Assembly: GCA_046483305.1 (NCBI GenBank)
Contig: JAWODM010000062.1
Location: 4,385 to 68,384, forward strand
Source of the DNA: Candidatus Krumholzibacteriales bacterium
GTDB lineage: Bacteria; Krumholzibacteriota; Krumholzibacteriia; Krumholzibacteriales; WJIX01
Direction of reading: 5' to 3'
DNA: 64,000 nt
This document shows positions 1 through 9,447 of the stretch, one piece after another. Position numbers and translations under genes: made by a program. The notes below the pieces were generated by a model that made no database searches, was not told the DNA's origin, and worked only from the letters and a program-made list of their open reading frames with translations. Position 1 is the stretch's first letter. Every line of letters starts with the position of its first letter.

Positions 1-153
1 CCGGAGTTCGAGGATCCGAGGCCGGGAGACGTGAAACATTCCCTGGCTGATATTTCGAAAGCCGGGCGGATGATCGATTATTCGGTAGAGGTAAGCTTCG
101 AAGAGGGTTTAAGGAAAACAATCGATTGGTATAGACAGAACCAACAGTCTTGA
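1..153 (+). CDS. NAD-dependent sugar epimerase/dehydratase, C-terminal fragment (gene begins upstream of window)
   Basis: Frame-1 ORF runs from the window edge to TGA at 151-153. The translation ...GDVKHSLADISKAGRMIDYSVEVSFEEGLRKTIDWYRQNQ resembles the conserved C-terminal tail of SDR-type UDP-sugar 4-epimerases/dehydratases. Confidence 0.5.
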   Translation, partial: PEFEDPRPGDVKHSLADISKAGRMIDYSVEVSFEEGLRKTIDWYRQNQQS

Positions 154-188
154 ATATAATAATTCAAGCGAATCAGTCTTTAAATATA

Positions 189-1145
189 ATGCGGGCGGTT
201 AAAATGAAACGTAAAAAATCAATAACCCTGCTGATGGCTCTGTTTGTGATTAATATGAGTGCAGGCCCGTTCCTGCTTGCTCAGAGTATAACACTCGGCG
301 AGGGAGACAGGCTCAGGCTGGCTGTTCAGGAGAGGCCGGAACTGGATCGCATGCTGGTCATCAGCGAGCAGAATGAAGTAAATATACCGGAGACCCGGCC
401 GATACGGATCGGCGGCCTCTCTCTTTCGGATGCCGAGAGCATAATCCTGGAAAAGCTGAGAGAAATATACCCGGACATAAGTCAGATTGAACTGTCTCTG
501 ATCGGTGAGGAGAAACGAAGGCTGATATATGTTCAGGGACAGGTGGTGAGACCCGGAAGGTATGAATTTGTGGATCCGCCGAATGTGTGGGAGGTGATAA
601 GGGAAGCGGGAGGCGCTTCTCCGAGCGCCGCGCTGGAATCGGTGAGGATAATAAGGGGCAGGGGAGATGAGCAGAGAACCGAGACCGTGAATCTGCAGCG
701 GGCTATAGACAGTGGAGATTTCAGTTCACTGCCGGTTCTGAGGCTGGGGGATACCGTATTTGTTCCCGAGAGAGGAACCAGTATAAGCGCCGAAGGATCG
801 GTTATAGTGTTGGGAGCCATAGCAGCTCCCGGCGCCTATAACCTGGGAAAGGATAAGAGGCTGGAGGATGCCATAGCTGCGGCAGGCGGATTCTCGTCGA
901 ATCCCCAGCTGGACAATATCACCATCCTGAGAGAAAAGACAGGCCGTGAAGTTGATATCATAACAGTAAATTTCAATCTTTACATGGACTATGGGGATAT
1001 GAAGAACAATCCGGTTATCTATCCGGGGGATACCGTGAATATCCCCAGACAGACTAATATTCTACGGCAGATATTTACCAATCCGGGATACATTCTCGCG
1101 CTGGTTACTACAGTTATAACAGTGTCTTCCTTGTGGAGTGATTAA
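189..1145 (+). CDS. polysaccharide export protein (Wza/KpsD family, Poly_export + SLBB domains)
   Basis: Signal-peptide-like N-terminus (MKRKKSITLLMALFVINMSAGPFLLAQS). Motifs GDTVFVPER, PGDTVNIP and GQVVRPGRYEF are typical of Wza-type exporters. Start chosen at an internal ATG (189 or 204); the listed ORF begins at TTG 150. Confidence 0.75.
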   Translation: MRAVKMKRKKSITLLMALFVINMSAGPFLLAQSITLGEGDRLRLAVQERPELDRMLVISEQNEVNIPETRPIRIGGLSLSDAESIILEKLREIYPDISQIELSLIGEEKRRLIYVQGQVVRPGRYEFVDPPNVWEVIREAGGASPSAALESVRIIRGRGDEQRTETVNLQRAIDSGDFSSLPVLRLGDTVFVPERGTSISAEGSVIVLGAIAAPGAYNLGKDKRLEDAIAAAGGFSSNPQLDNITILREKTGREVDIITVNFNLYMDYGDMKNNPVIYPGDTVNIPRQTNILRQIFTNPGYILALVTTVITVSSLWSD

Positions 1146-1171
1146 TTCGTTTCGGCGAAAGTGGGAAAAGA

Positions 1172-2833
1172 GTGGATAATGTAAGAAAAATCACACCTGA
1201 GCAGAATCCTGAAAGGATAGACCTGAAGGAGTACTGGAAGATATTATGGCGGAAGAAATACATGCTGATAATTCCTGCGGTGATATCTATGGCCATCTCA
1301 ATCTTCGGAGTCAGGCAGCTGACTCCGGTCTATCAGTCCTCCACTGTGATTTCGGCGGAAAGGGACCGGGCTTTTTCCGGTTCTGTGGACAGGTATATCT
1401 CGGATAACGGGGGAAACAGCAGGAATCGAAGGTACCTCTCCATGGTCAGGGCTGAAATAAACAGCACCAGTTTCCTTGAATCTGTAATCGAGAAACTGGG
1501 CCTGATGGAGGCGGCCGCCGCCAGGGGATACTTGAGGGACAGGCAGAGCGGGGAGGAAGTTGTTTCTCCAGAGGACAGGCTCCGCAGAGAGTTAGTGGGG
1601 CTGCTCAGCGATAAGTTGGAGGTGTCTTCGCCGGCTCCAGGTTTTTACAGGATAGGAGTTCTGGATACGGATCCGGAGAACGCCCATATTCTGGCCGAAG
1701 AAATAACAGAAGCGTATCTTGACGCTCAGCAGACGCAGAAGATAGCGGGGATCAGGAAGGCCGGCGCTTTCAGCAACGAACAGCTGGCGATATACAGGGA
1801 AAAGCTGGATGCTTCCGAGAAGGAACTTGCCCGGCTGGAAGCTGAACTGAACAGAAGCGACCAGGAAGGCAACCCGGTGAACGGCAGAAACGTGAATGCG
1901 GCAAAGGTCAGGCTGAACAACCTCAAGGCGGAGGTGGGAAAGAACAGAATCACCCTGAACAGGATCAGAAACAGGCTTACCTCAATATTCGAGATGATTC
2001 CTTCCAGCCGCCGGATTGCGGAGAACGAAAGGGTGCAGAGCATAGAGAATCAGCTTTCCGCGACAGGGGATGAGAGGATGCTGGCAGTGATGGGATCAGA
2101 GTCCGGATTAGAAGATATAGATCAGAGAATCGAATCTCTCTGGGACCAGTTGAGAGCCAGAATAGGGGCGATTGTAAGGGAGGAATACTCTGAAGTCTCG
2201 GGTGAATATCACCCGATTATTACAGAATATTTCTTTCAGCAGTATAAACTTCAGTACTACCAGACCAAGGTTAATAAACTTGAGGGTTACATAGAACAGT
2301 ACGAGAACGACCTGCAGAGGCGCCCAATGCTGGAAAGAAGAATAGAGAGCGTAAGAAGAGAAGTTGAAAATAACCGTGCCATATATCAGGCGTTCCTGGA
2401 GTCCAAGACGTCGGCGCAGATAAGCGAGGCCGTGCAGAGCTCCCAGCTGGGGTTGAACTTCGAGATAATAGAAAAGGCAAAGAAACCGCTTTCCCCGGTC
2501 AAACCTAATAAAATCAAGATTATTATCGTCGCCCTGATGTTCGGTTGCGCTACCGGGGCGGGGGCTATCCTGTTATCCGAATACGTGGACGATTCCTTCA
2601 AGTCAGTTGAAGAGGTGGAGAGAGTTCTTCAACTTCCCGTTCTTGGGACCATTCCCAGGACTGTAGATCAGTTCCAGTGGGAAAGAAGGGATCTGGGGCG
2701 TAAGATGCTGGTTTGGATTGTCAGTATCTTCATATTCGCGTCAGTGATAAGCGGAGCCATATATTTCTATGCAAATTCTCTCAAGTCATCAAGGCTGGGA
2801 TTCAGGATCAGCGACACCATCAAAGGGGATTGA
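1172..2833 (+). CDS. polysaccharide co-polymerase / chain-length determinant (Wzz/Wzc N-terminal, GumC-like)
   Basis: N-terminal IDLKEYWKILWRKKYMLII Wzz motif followed by a TM segment, a long coiled-coil periplasmic region and a C-terminal TM helix. GTG start at 1172 with upstream GGGAAAAG. Sits between the Wza-like gene and the BY-kinase. Confidence 0.7.
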   Translation: MDNVRKITPEQNPERIDLKEYWKILWRKKYMLIIPAVISMAISIFGVRQLTPVYQSSTVISAERDRAFSGSVDRYISDNGGNSRNRRYLSMVRAEINSTSFLESVIEKLGLMEAAAARGYLRDRQSGEEVVSPEDRLRRELVGLLSDKLEVSSPAPGFYRIGVLDTDPENAHILAEEITEAYLDAQQTQKIAGIRKAGAFSNEQLAIYREKLDASEKELARLEAELNRSDQEGNPVNGRNVNAAKVRLNNLKAEVGKNRITLNRIRNRLTSIFEMIPSSRRIAENERVQSIENQLSATGDERMLAVMGSESGLEDIDQRIESLWDQLRARIGAIVREEYSEVSGEYHPIITEYFFQQYKLQYYQTKVNKLEGYIEQYENDLQRRPMLERRIESVRREVENNRAIYQAFLESKTSAQISEAVQSSQLGLNFEIIEKAKKPLSPVKPNKIKIIIVALMFGCATGAGAILLSEYVDDSFKSVEEVERVLQLPVLGTIPRTVDQFQWERRDLGRKMLVWIVSIFIFASVISGAIYFYANSLKSSRLGFRISDTIKGD

Positions 2834-2835
2834 GC

Positions 2836-3540
2836 TTGAAAAAAGAGGATAAACCAAAAGATATCTTCAATATGTTCGACCAGGAGAGCCCTATCGCGAC
2901 TGAGATGAGAAGGCTTTACTCCAATATCAGAAATAGGCTCAAGAAGAAATCAATGCGGAGTTTTCTGATAACCAGCGCTAACCGTGGTGAAGGCAAAAGT
3001 ACTGTGGCATCGCACCTGGCCCTTACGGTGGCGCGCTTCAAAGACAAGAAATCCCTGATTGTAGACTCTGATTTGAGAAGGCCGAAAATCGATAAGATCT
3101 TTGATCTTCCCAAGGAGCCGGGATTGTTTGAATGCCTGCAGGGCGAGGTTGACCCCCTGGATGTAGTAAAGGATACCAGGATTGAAAACCTGAAGGTGAT
3201 AACCAGCGGCAGGCCCGGAGGCTCTCCGGCACACCTGTTCGAGCGGGATGTGATGGCTGAGATATTCGAAAAGATCAAATTCTATTATGATATTGTCATA
3301 GTGGACAGCGCCCCGGTTATCCCTGTCAGCGACCCCATGCTTATTTCGGGAGCGGTGGATGGGGTGATACTGGTGACCCTGGCGGGAAAAACGCCCCGGA
3401 ACGTAGCGGTGAGAGCCAGAAATATATTGCAGGATGCGGATGCCAATATAATCGGAGTGGTAGTCAATAATCTCTCGGAGGTACTCCCTTATTATTATGA
3501 TTATAATTATTATGGTTACAGCAGTAAGCTTAAGAAGTGA
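2836..3540 (+). CDS. tyrosine-protein kinase (BY-kinase ATPase, CpsD/CapB-like)
   Basis: Walker A SANRGEGKSTVASHLA, Walker A' VDSDLRRP and Walker B DIVIVDSAP. C-terminal Tyr cluster YYYDYNYYGY. The listed ORF start at 2713 overlaps the upstream gene; TTG 2836 or ATG 2872 is the likelier start. Confidence 0.8.
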   Translation: MKKEDKPKDIFNMFDQESPIATEMRRLYSNIRNRLKKKSMRSFLITSANRGEGKSTVASHLALTVARFKDKKSLIVDSDLRRPKIDKIFDLPKEPGLFECLQGEVDPLDVVKDTRIENLKVITSGRPGGSPAHLFERDVMAEIFEKIKFYYDIVIVDSAPVIPVSDPMLISGAVDGVILVTLAGKTPRNVAVRARNILQDADANIIGVVVNNLSEVLPYYYDYNYYGYSSKLKK

Positions 3541-3550
3541 GGAATAGATT

Positions 3551-4657
3551 ATGAAGAGAGATCCCCGGCGCGGGGTAGCGACAATTTTATTTCTTTCAGT
3601 ACTATTCGCCTTGAGCGGCTCTGCCCGGTCAGCTCCTGATTCTCTCTGCTGTTCCTTCAGCAGCCTCTCTCCAGGTTTAAGATTAACCATCAGCCGGGAC
3701 TATACAATCAGCGGGATGCTTCCATTGAGGGTCTGCGATTTAAGGCGGGACCTGCAATATGATGTCTCAACATTCGGGAGAGGTTACGAAAAGAGAGCGG
3801 CGGAGATGGAACTGACTGACGAAGGAATCCCTGAAATAACGGGTTACAGAACTGAAACTGTTCTGATGAACAGTATTCTGCCAACCAGCGGGACCTTTAT
3901 GCGGGGAAGAGAGCAGCAGGGTTATCTGGATCTGCTTTCTATGGCGGGAGGGCTTTATCAGTTCTATGAGGAGAACAGCGAGTACCATGACCTCAAGGAC
4001 AGATACGACAGGCTCAATTCATACCTTCAGAGTTCAGGAAGTATCGATCAAGCCGAACAGCTGCGAAAGGAAGCGCACCGCGCCTATATTTACGCGGAAC
4101 AGCAGAATACCTACCGTAAACAGCTGTTCGCGCTGACCTCCGCTCTCTACGCGTTTCAGGTTCTGGAGCCTTTGTTTATAGATAACCCGCCGCCATACAG
4201 AAGGGATCAGGGCAGTTCCCATATTGTTTTCAGCGGCAGAAGAAAGAGCACCGGCAAAGCCTTCCTCTATTCCCTGGTCAGGCCGGGGCGGGGGCAGTAT
4301 TACCAGGGGAAGAATATACGGGGATTGTTCTATTCGGCTGTATCCGTACTGGCCGGATATGTTGCTCTGGACCAGAACAATCAGTACCAGAAGAAGCTCG
4401 ATGATTATAATATAACACTGGAAGAATATAATTATGCCCGGACGATCAGTGAAAGAAGTGAATATATCAGGACTGCCTCTATTCTAAGGGAAGATGCGGA
4501 AGATGCCAGGGATAACAGGGATCTTTCACTTTACATCCTTGCGGGAATCTGGGGAGCCAATCTGATCGATACCCTCCTGTTCGAATGCAGGGGGGTCCAA
4601 TGCGGATATTCATTTAATGTTACGCCGGGAGGCTTTGAACTTGCTTACAGATTCTGA
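3551..4657 (+). CDS. hypothetical secreted protein (possible DUF5683-like motif)
   Basis: N-terminal signal peptide. Internal PGRGQYYQGKNIRGLFYSAVSVLAG segment recalls the DUF5683 PGxGQ motif. No other recognisable domain; protein ends in F. Confidence 0.4.
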   Translation: MKRDPRRGVATILFLSVLFALSGSARSAPDSLCCSFSSLSPGLRLTISRDYTISGMLPLRVCDLRRDLQYDVSTFGRGYEKRAAEMELTDEGIPEITGYRTETVLMNSILPTSGTFMRGREQQGYLDLLSMAGGLYQFYEENSEYHDLKDRYDRLNSYLQSSGSIDQAEQLRKEAHRAYIYAEQQNTYRKQLFALTSALYAFQVLEPLFIDNPPPYRRDQGSSHIVFSGRRKSTGKAFLYSLVRPGRGQYYQGKNIRGLFYSAVSVLAGYVALDQNNQYQKKLDDYNITLEEYNYARTISERSEYIRTASILREDAEDARDNRDLSLYILAGIWGANLIDTLLFECRGVQCGYSFNVTPGGFELAYRF

Positions 4658-4678
4658 TATCACGGAGGTTGGAAAATT

Positions 4679-6238
4679 ATGAGCAGGCTTTTTTCGCAAA
4701 TTATCATGGTGATATTGGTAATTTTGCTGGCGGGTATGATCACCGGCTGTTTTGACAGTATCGAGGAGATACCCCTCAACGGGGAAGTGGAGGAGATAGA
4801 AGCCCCTGAAATTATACAGGTAAACACAGAGGACGGAGCGGTGACTCTGGCCTGGAACACCGTGGATAAAGCGGAGGGGTATCGTGTTTACAGGCGGACG
4901 GTCCAGGGAGACGAAAGAATGGTTGCCGGAACTGCGGACACTTCATATACAGACAGGAACCTTCTTAACGGGAGGGATTATTACTATTCGGTCGCGGGAG
5001 TCGGCAGCAGCGAGCTGGAAGGGTCAAGGTCAGAATGGGTTCAGGCGGTTCCCTCTGCATACTCCATTGTAATTAATCAGGGAAGCGGGTATACAAATTC
5101 CCGGAATGCGGTTCTCACCTTAACCGCCCCGGTAACTACCTCGCTGATGAAGATCTCAAACGACGCCGGCCTCGACGGGGCGGACTGGGAAACCTTCAGG
5201 ACTACCAGGAGCTGGATTCTGAAAAGCGGTGACGGATTGAAAACGGTTTACGCGGTGTTCATGGATGAGAACGGAAGCGAATCAGGCGTGGTTACCAAAA
5301 CCGTCAACCTGGATACCTACGCGTCAGTAAGCGGGATAACCATCGCCCCTGAGTCAGGTAATAACATTGGAGATATTATTCATTTCAGGATGGATGTGGA
5401 AGGGAATGAAACGGAGGGTGAAGGGCATATCAATATTGAAGGGTATTCCCGGGATATAGAGCTCTACGACAACGGAGTTTCCGGTGACAATGAGGCGTCT
5501 GACGGGATTTATGAAGTGGATTTCAGGAGTCCAAGTTCTTTGCGGGGAGTTGATCTGATGGTAACCGGGATATTTACCGACAGAGCGGGGAATATATCGC
5601 CGCTCTTTGAAGCGGAGGGAACCCTCTCTTTTACAGATCCCCCGGAGCCGGTCAATCTTTTAGGCGCAATCGACTCTACTGTTAACAGAATAACCATAAA
5701 CTGGGTACCTTCGGTGGACCAGAATTTCCATATGTACAGAATTTACCGGGATACCGTATCCCACAGCGAAGCTGAATTCGAGGATCCAAGGTACAGAATC
5801 AGGGAACTGTTTAATCCTGAGCAGGATTCCTATCCGGACAGCGGCCTGGAGGAAGCGCAGGTTTACTATTACAGGATATTTGTGGTAAATGATATGGATG
5901 AGACAGCGGCAAGCAACCAGATTTCAGCTCATACCTATGACGCCATGCCTGATCCTGTTACCCTCGATCCGCTCTCATCGATTGGCGCAGATCGTGTTAC
6001 TCTGACCTGGAGCGTCAACCAGAACTCCGACTTCATGGAGTACAGGATATACCGGGATACATCCCCCGGGGTTACCAACCAGCCTTCTCTGCTGGTAGCC
6101 ACCATAGAGGACAGGGAGATTACATGGTATGACGATACCGGTATTGATTTGACAATTAACGATTTATATTATAGAATATACATATATGATAAAAGTGGGA
6201 ATTTCAGCAGAAGTAACGAAGTGACATCTGCTGAGTAG
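4679..6238 (+). CDS. fibronectin type III repeat lipoprotein, hypothetical
   Basis: Lipobox LAGMITGC after a hydrophobic signal. Repeated FN3-like units are marked by GYRVYRR and YRIYRDT (x3) strands. Confidence 0.5.
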   Translation: MSRLFSQIIMVILVILLAGMITGCFDSIEEIPLNGEVEEIEAPEIIQVNTEDGAVTLAWNTVDKAEGYRVYRRTVQGDERMVAGTADTSYTDRNLLNGRDYYYSVAGVGSSELEGSRSEWVQAVPSAYSIVINQGSGYTNSRNAVLTLTAPVTTSLMKISNDAGLDGADWETFRTTRSWILKSGDGLKTVYAVFMDENGSESGVVTKTVNLDTYASVSGITIAPESGNNIGDIIHFRMDVEGNETEGEGHINIEGYSRDIELYDNGVSGDNEASDGIYEVDFRSPSSLRGVDLMVTGIFTDRAGNISPLFEAEGTLSFTDPPEPVNLLGAIDSTVNRITINWVPSVDQNFHMYRIYRDTVSHSEAEFEDPRYRIRELFNPEQDSYPDSGLEEAQVYYYRIFVVNDMDETAASNQISAHTYDAMPDPVTLDPLSSIGADRVTLTWSVNQNSDFMEYRIYRDTSPGVTNQPSLLVATIEDREITWYDDTGIDLTINDLYYRIYIYDKSGNFSRSNEVTSAE

Positions 6239-6504
6239 AAAAGTACTAAGGGACGAGGGACTGCGGAAAAATTACCAAAAAAATCTGAAATATGGGTAAT
6301 AATACCCATATCATTATCTCAGGTTTGAGCCGTATTGAACGAGGCCCGAATTGGTGTATGGTGTAACTGGCTGTATTACAGTAGGATACAGTGTGTATAT
6401 AATGTGTTATATGAAGTGGTCGAATGGCAGGATTTTTCGGTATAGATGTTGCATATGCTATATCACAAGTATTGTTATATTCAATTTTTGTGTAAATATT
6501 AAAA

Positions 6505-7317
6505 ATGAGCTTGTATAAGAGATCCATAAGCAGCATATCAAATGAAAGGACCTACCAGAACAGGTCTCTGGATCCGTTCGTGGATAATATCTCCATGCTG
6601 GAAAGCAGGCTTGAGGATACCCGGCCGCTTACCGATTCCCGTTATCCCGCCAGAAGGGCGCTGGACATCTTTACAGGTATAATAACTCTTCTGCTGGTTT
6701 CTCCTGTCATAGCTGTTGCCGCAGTCCTTATTAAACTGGAATCAAGGGGCCCGGTTTTCTATAAGCAGGAGAGAATAGGGCTTAACCGCAGGAATAGCGA
6801 CAGAAGAAGAGATCCTTCCGCGCGGGCCAGGGACGACAGCGACAGGCGCACTGGTACAGACCGAAGGCAGAATTCGGAAGCAGGCAAGCCTTTCATAATG
6901 TACAAACTCAGAACCATGAAAACAGACGCTGAAAAGAACGGCCCCGCTCTTGCCTCCCAAAACGATTCAAGGATAACCAGAGTAGGAAAGATTCTCAGAA
7001 AGACCAGAGTAGATGAGCTGCCCCAGTTCATAAATGTTATCCGCGGGGATATGACTCTGATAGGGCCTCGTCCCGAAAGATCGTTTTACATCAGGACCCT
7101 CTCCAGGGATGTGCCTCAGTTTCCTCTACGCTTGAAAACAAAACCGGGCATTACCGGCCTGGCTCAGGTAGAGTCCGGTTACGCTGATACATTCGAAGCG
7201 ATGAAGACAAAGCTCATATACGATCTCCAGTATATCCTCAGTAAATCACTGCTTCAGGACCTGGCGATCGTTCTCAAGACTTTCTATGTGGTAGTCTCCG
7301 GAAGGGGAGCCCAGTAA
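6505..7317 (+). CDS. phosphoglycosyl transferase (bacterial sugar transferase, WbaP C-terminal/PglC-like)
   Basis: Single N-terminal reentrant/TM helix. Signature motifs KPFIMYKLRTM and DELPQFINVIRGDMTLIGPRPER of the PF02397 family. Carries an unusual Arg/Asp/Ser-rich insertion of about 33 aa. Confidence 0.8.
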   Translation: MSLYKRSISSISNERTYQNRSLDPFVDNISMLESRLEDTRPLTDSRYPARRALDIFTGIITLLLVSPVIAVAAVLIKLESRGPVFYKQERIGLNRRNSDRRRDPSARARDDSDRRTGTDRRQNSEAGKPFIMYKLRTMKTDAEKNGPALASQNDSRITRVGKILRKTRVDELPQFINVIRGDMTLIGPRPERSFYIRTLSRDVPQFPLRLKTKPGITGLAQVESGYADTFEAMKTKLIYDLQYILSKSLLQDLAIVLKTFYVVVSGRGAQ

Positions 7318-7371
7318 AGTCCGCCCTGTCCCATGTCCGGGATATATTTCCAAGCATGAAAACGGAATAGC

Positions 7372-7400
7372 TTGACCTGGAAGACGGTTCATTTTAAACT
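7372..7400 (+). promoter_or_regulatory. candidate sigma-70 promoter for the HK/RR operon
   Basis: TTGACC (7372-7377), 17-nt spacer, TAAACT (7395-7400), about 20 nt upstream of the HK start. Confidence 0.3.
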
Positions 7401-7418
7401 CATCTCCGGTGAACAGTT

Positions 7419-9440
7419 ATGAAAATGAGCAGGTTTATAATAATATTCAGTTCCTTTTTTCTCCTGGTCCTTGCGGTGACGATATTTCTGCCCAGGAGAG
7501 CGGCGGTATTCTCTTTTCCGGTGGTAATAATAGTTTCGGTATTTCTGGCAAGGTATTACAGTTCCAGGCATAAAAGAAAAGTTGAGACAGTCCGCAGGAA
7601 TCTGCGTAACCTGAGGAGCGAGGGCCTTTATATAGAAGAAAGAATACATGAGAGCGGAGACATTTTCTACAACACCCTGCTGGCAATACTGAAGGACATG
7701 GAGAGAACCATGTTCAAACTGGTTGAAAAGAATATACAGTTACTGAGCCTGAAGGAAATCGGCAGGAATATTATAAGCTCGCTTGACGAGAAGAAGCTGG
7801 TTGAATCCATGTTCGACTATCTGATGCAGGGTGTGGGATACAAGGAGGTTGCACTGCTGATGCTGAGGCGCAGCAGGAATATGATTCAGGCTATTGTCAA
7901 TATTGAAAAGGGCAGCAGGGTAGTCAGGCGGGTGATTAATTTTGATCTGGACAGCCTGGATGGAGCGGTGATGGAATCGCTCAAATCGAGCAAACCGTTC
8001 ATGATAAAGGATGCGGCGATGCATCCGCTCCCGGTGATCGACGGCAAGGAGCTGTTCCCGGAGAGCACCCTGTCCTCATTCATATGCGTGCCTCTTCTCA
8101 AGAACTCCCAGGAAGTCGTATGTGGCAACGAGGAGTACTGCATACTGGCCGCCGAAGGCGAGAGGGACCAATATTATCTGTGTGATAACAGGTGCCTGTC
8201 CTGCTCCGAGATCCCGATGCTGGGAGCTCTTATAGTGACCGATGGGTACCGGGCGACCCCGCTGACTAAAATAGACCAGGTTACCATTGAGACGGTAGGT
8301 TCCCTGGTCAGCGCAAATATAGAAAACTGGGGCCTGTATCAGAACCTCAAACAGGAGGAGAGGTTCAGAACCAAAATTCTGGAGGGAATGATACATGGAT
8401 TAATTGTAACCGACCTGGAGGGTAATATCACATTCGTTAACAGGAGTACGGAGATCCTTACACAGAAACCGGCGGATGAACTGGAGGGGAGGAGCCTTTT
8501 TGACCTGATAGTGGATATAGAGGGCGGAGTTAACGAACAGACTTTTTTCGATACACTGTATCTGGACGGGGCGATTAATTTCCGGGAGGCATACCTCAGG
8601 GGAGGGGATGGATTTGAAATACCTATCCGGATGAACGTTTCCAGATTCATTGGCGAAAGCGAAGAACTCCAGGGAGCCATAGTTCTTTTTGTGGACATCA
8701 GCGACATCAAAGAGATGGAAAAAGAGATCAGGCAGCTTGACAGGCTGGCCGCCCTGGGACGGTTTACCTCTGCGATAGCTCATGAAATCAGGAATCCCCT
8801 TACCGGGATAGGCGCCGGGATCCAGTATCTGAAGAGAAGCAGCGATTTTGATGAGGAGCAGAGAGCGAGCATTGAATCGATACTCAGCGAAGTGAGCCGG
8901 CTGGACAGGATCATAAGCGACCTGTTCAAGGTCGCCAAACCCAGGGGCATACTTTATCAGAAAACTGATATTTCGAAAATTATTGAAAAGAGTTATAATT
9001 CGGTCAGTGAGGTATTGAGGGAGAACTCCGTGGAGTTCGAACTTCAGGTTGACGATGATATGCCGGAGGTTGAATTAGACCCTGACCAGATAAGCCAGGT
9101 ACTCATTAACCTGATAAAGAATTCAGCCGAATCTTTTGAAGGCGGGGGGGGAAGAGTAGTGGTAACCGCCGGGGTGGACAGGAAGCCGGAAAAGGATAAC
9201 GGAATGGCCGCCAGGAGGTTTAAAATAAAGGTAATTGATAACGGCTGCGGAATAGACGAAAAGCATATCGACAGGATATTCGAACCTTTCTACTCACGCA
9301 AGAACAGTGGCACAGGGCTGGGATTGTACATCAGCCACAGTATTATTCAGCATCATCATGGAAGGATAGAGGTTGAATCTGAAGCCGGCAAGGGAACCAC
9401 ATTCACATTGATACTACCAAAGGGCAAACACGGAGGTTGA
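7419..9440 (+). CDS. sensor histidine kinase (2 TM, GAF-like, PAS, HisKA, HATPase_c)
   Basis: Two N-terminal TM helices. H-box FTSAIAHEIRNPLTGI. N, G1 and G2 boxes (NLIKNSAES, DNGCGI, GTGLGLYISHSII). PAS-like region around LIVTDLEGNITFVNRS. Confidence 0.8.
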   Translation: MKMSRFIIIFSSFFLLVLAVTIFLPRRAAVFSFPVVIIVSVFLARYYSSRHKRKVETVRRNLRNLRSEGLYIEERIHESGDIFYNTLLAILKDMERTMFKLVEKNIQLLSLKEIGRNIISSLDEKKLVESMFDYLMQGVGYKEVALLMLRRSRNMIQAIVNIEKGSRVVRRVINFDLDSLDGAVMESLKSSKPFMIKDAAMHPLPVIDGKELFPESTLSSFICVPLLKNSQEVVCGNEEYCILAAEGERDQYYLCDNRCLSCSEIPMLGALIVTDGYRATPLTKIDQVTIETVGSLVSANIENWGLYQNLKQEERFRTKILEGMIHGLIVTDLEGNITFVNRSTEILTQKPADELEGRSLFDLIVDIEGGVNEQTFFDTLYLDGAINFREAYLRGGDGFEIPIRMNVSRFIGESEELQGAIVLFVDISDIKEMEKEIRQLDRLAALGRFTSAIAHEIRNPLTGIGAGIQYLKRSSDFDEEQRASIESILSEVSRLDRIISDLFKVAKPRGILYQKTDISKIIEKSYNSVSEVLRENSVEFELQVDDDMPEVELDPDQISQVLINLIKNSAESFEGGGGRVVVTAGVDRKPEKDNGMAARRFKIKVIDNGCGIDEKHIDRIFEPFYSRKNSGTGLGLYISHSIIQHHHGRIEVESEAGKGTTFTLILPKGKHGG

Positions 9441-9447
9441 TTTAAAA

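Noticed and set aside
2713-2835. Upstream extension of the BY-kinase ORF overlapping the PCP gene by 120 nt
   Set aside because: Extension has no homology. TTG 2836 / ATG 2872 start fits the Walker A spacing of BY-kinases.
2950-3690. 246-aa minus-strand ORF antisense to the BY-kinase gene
   Set aside because: Fully embedded antisense to a strongly supported CDS. Contains a poly-Ile run from reading the Tyr-cluster codons in reverse. No RBS or domain signal.
6421-6440. Possible sigma-54 -24/-12 promoter (TGGCAG-N5-TTCGG)
   Set aside because: -12 element is TTCG rather than TTGC. Match too weak to call.
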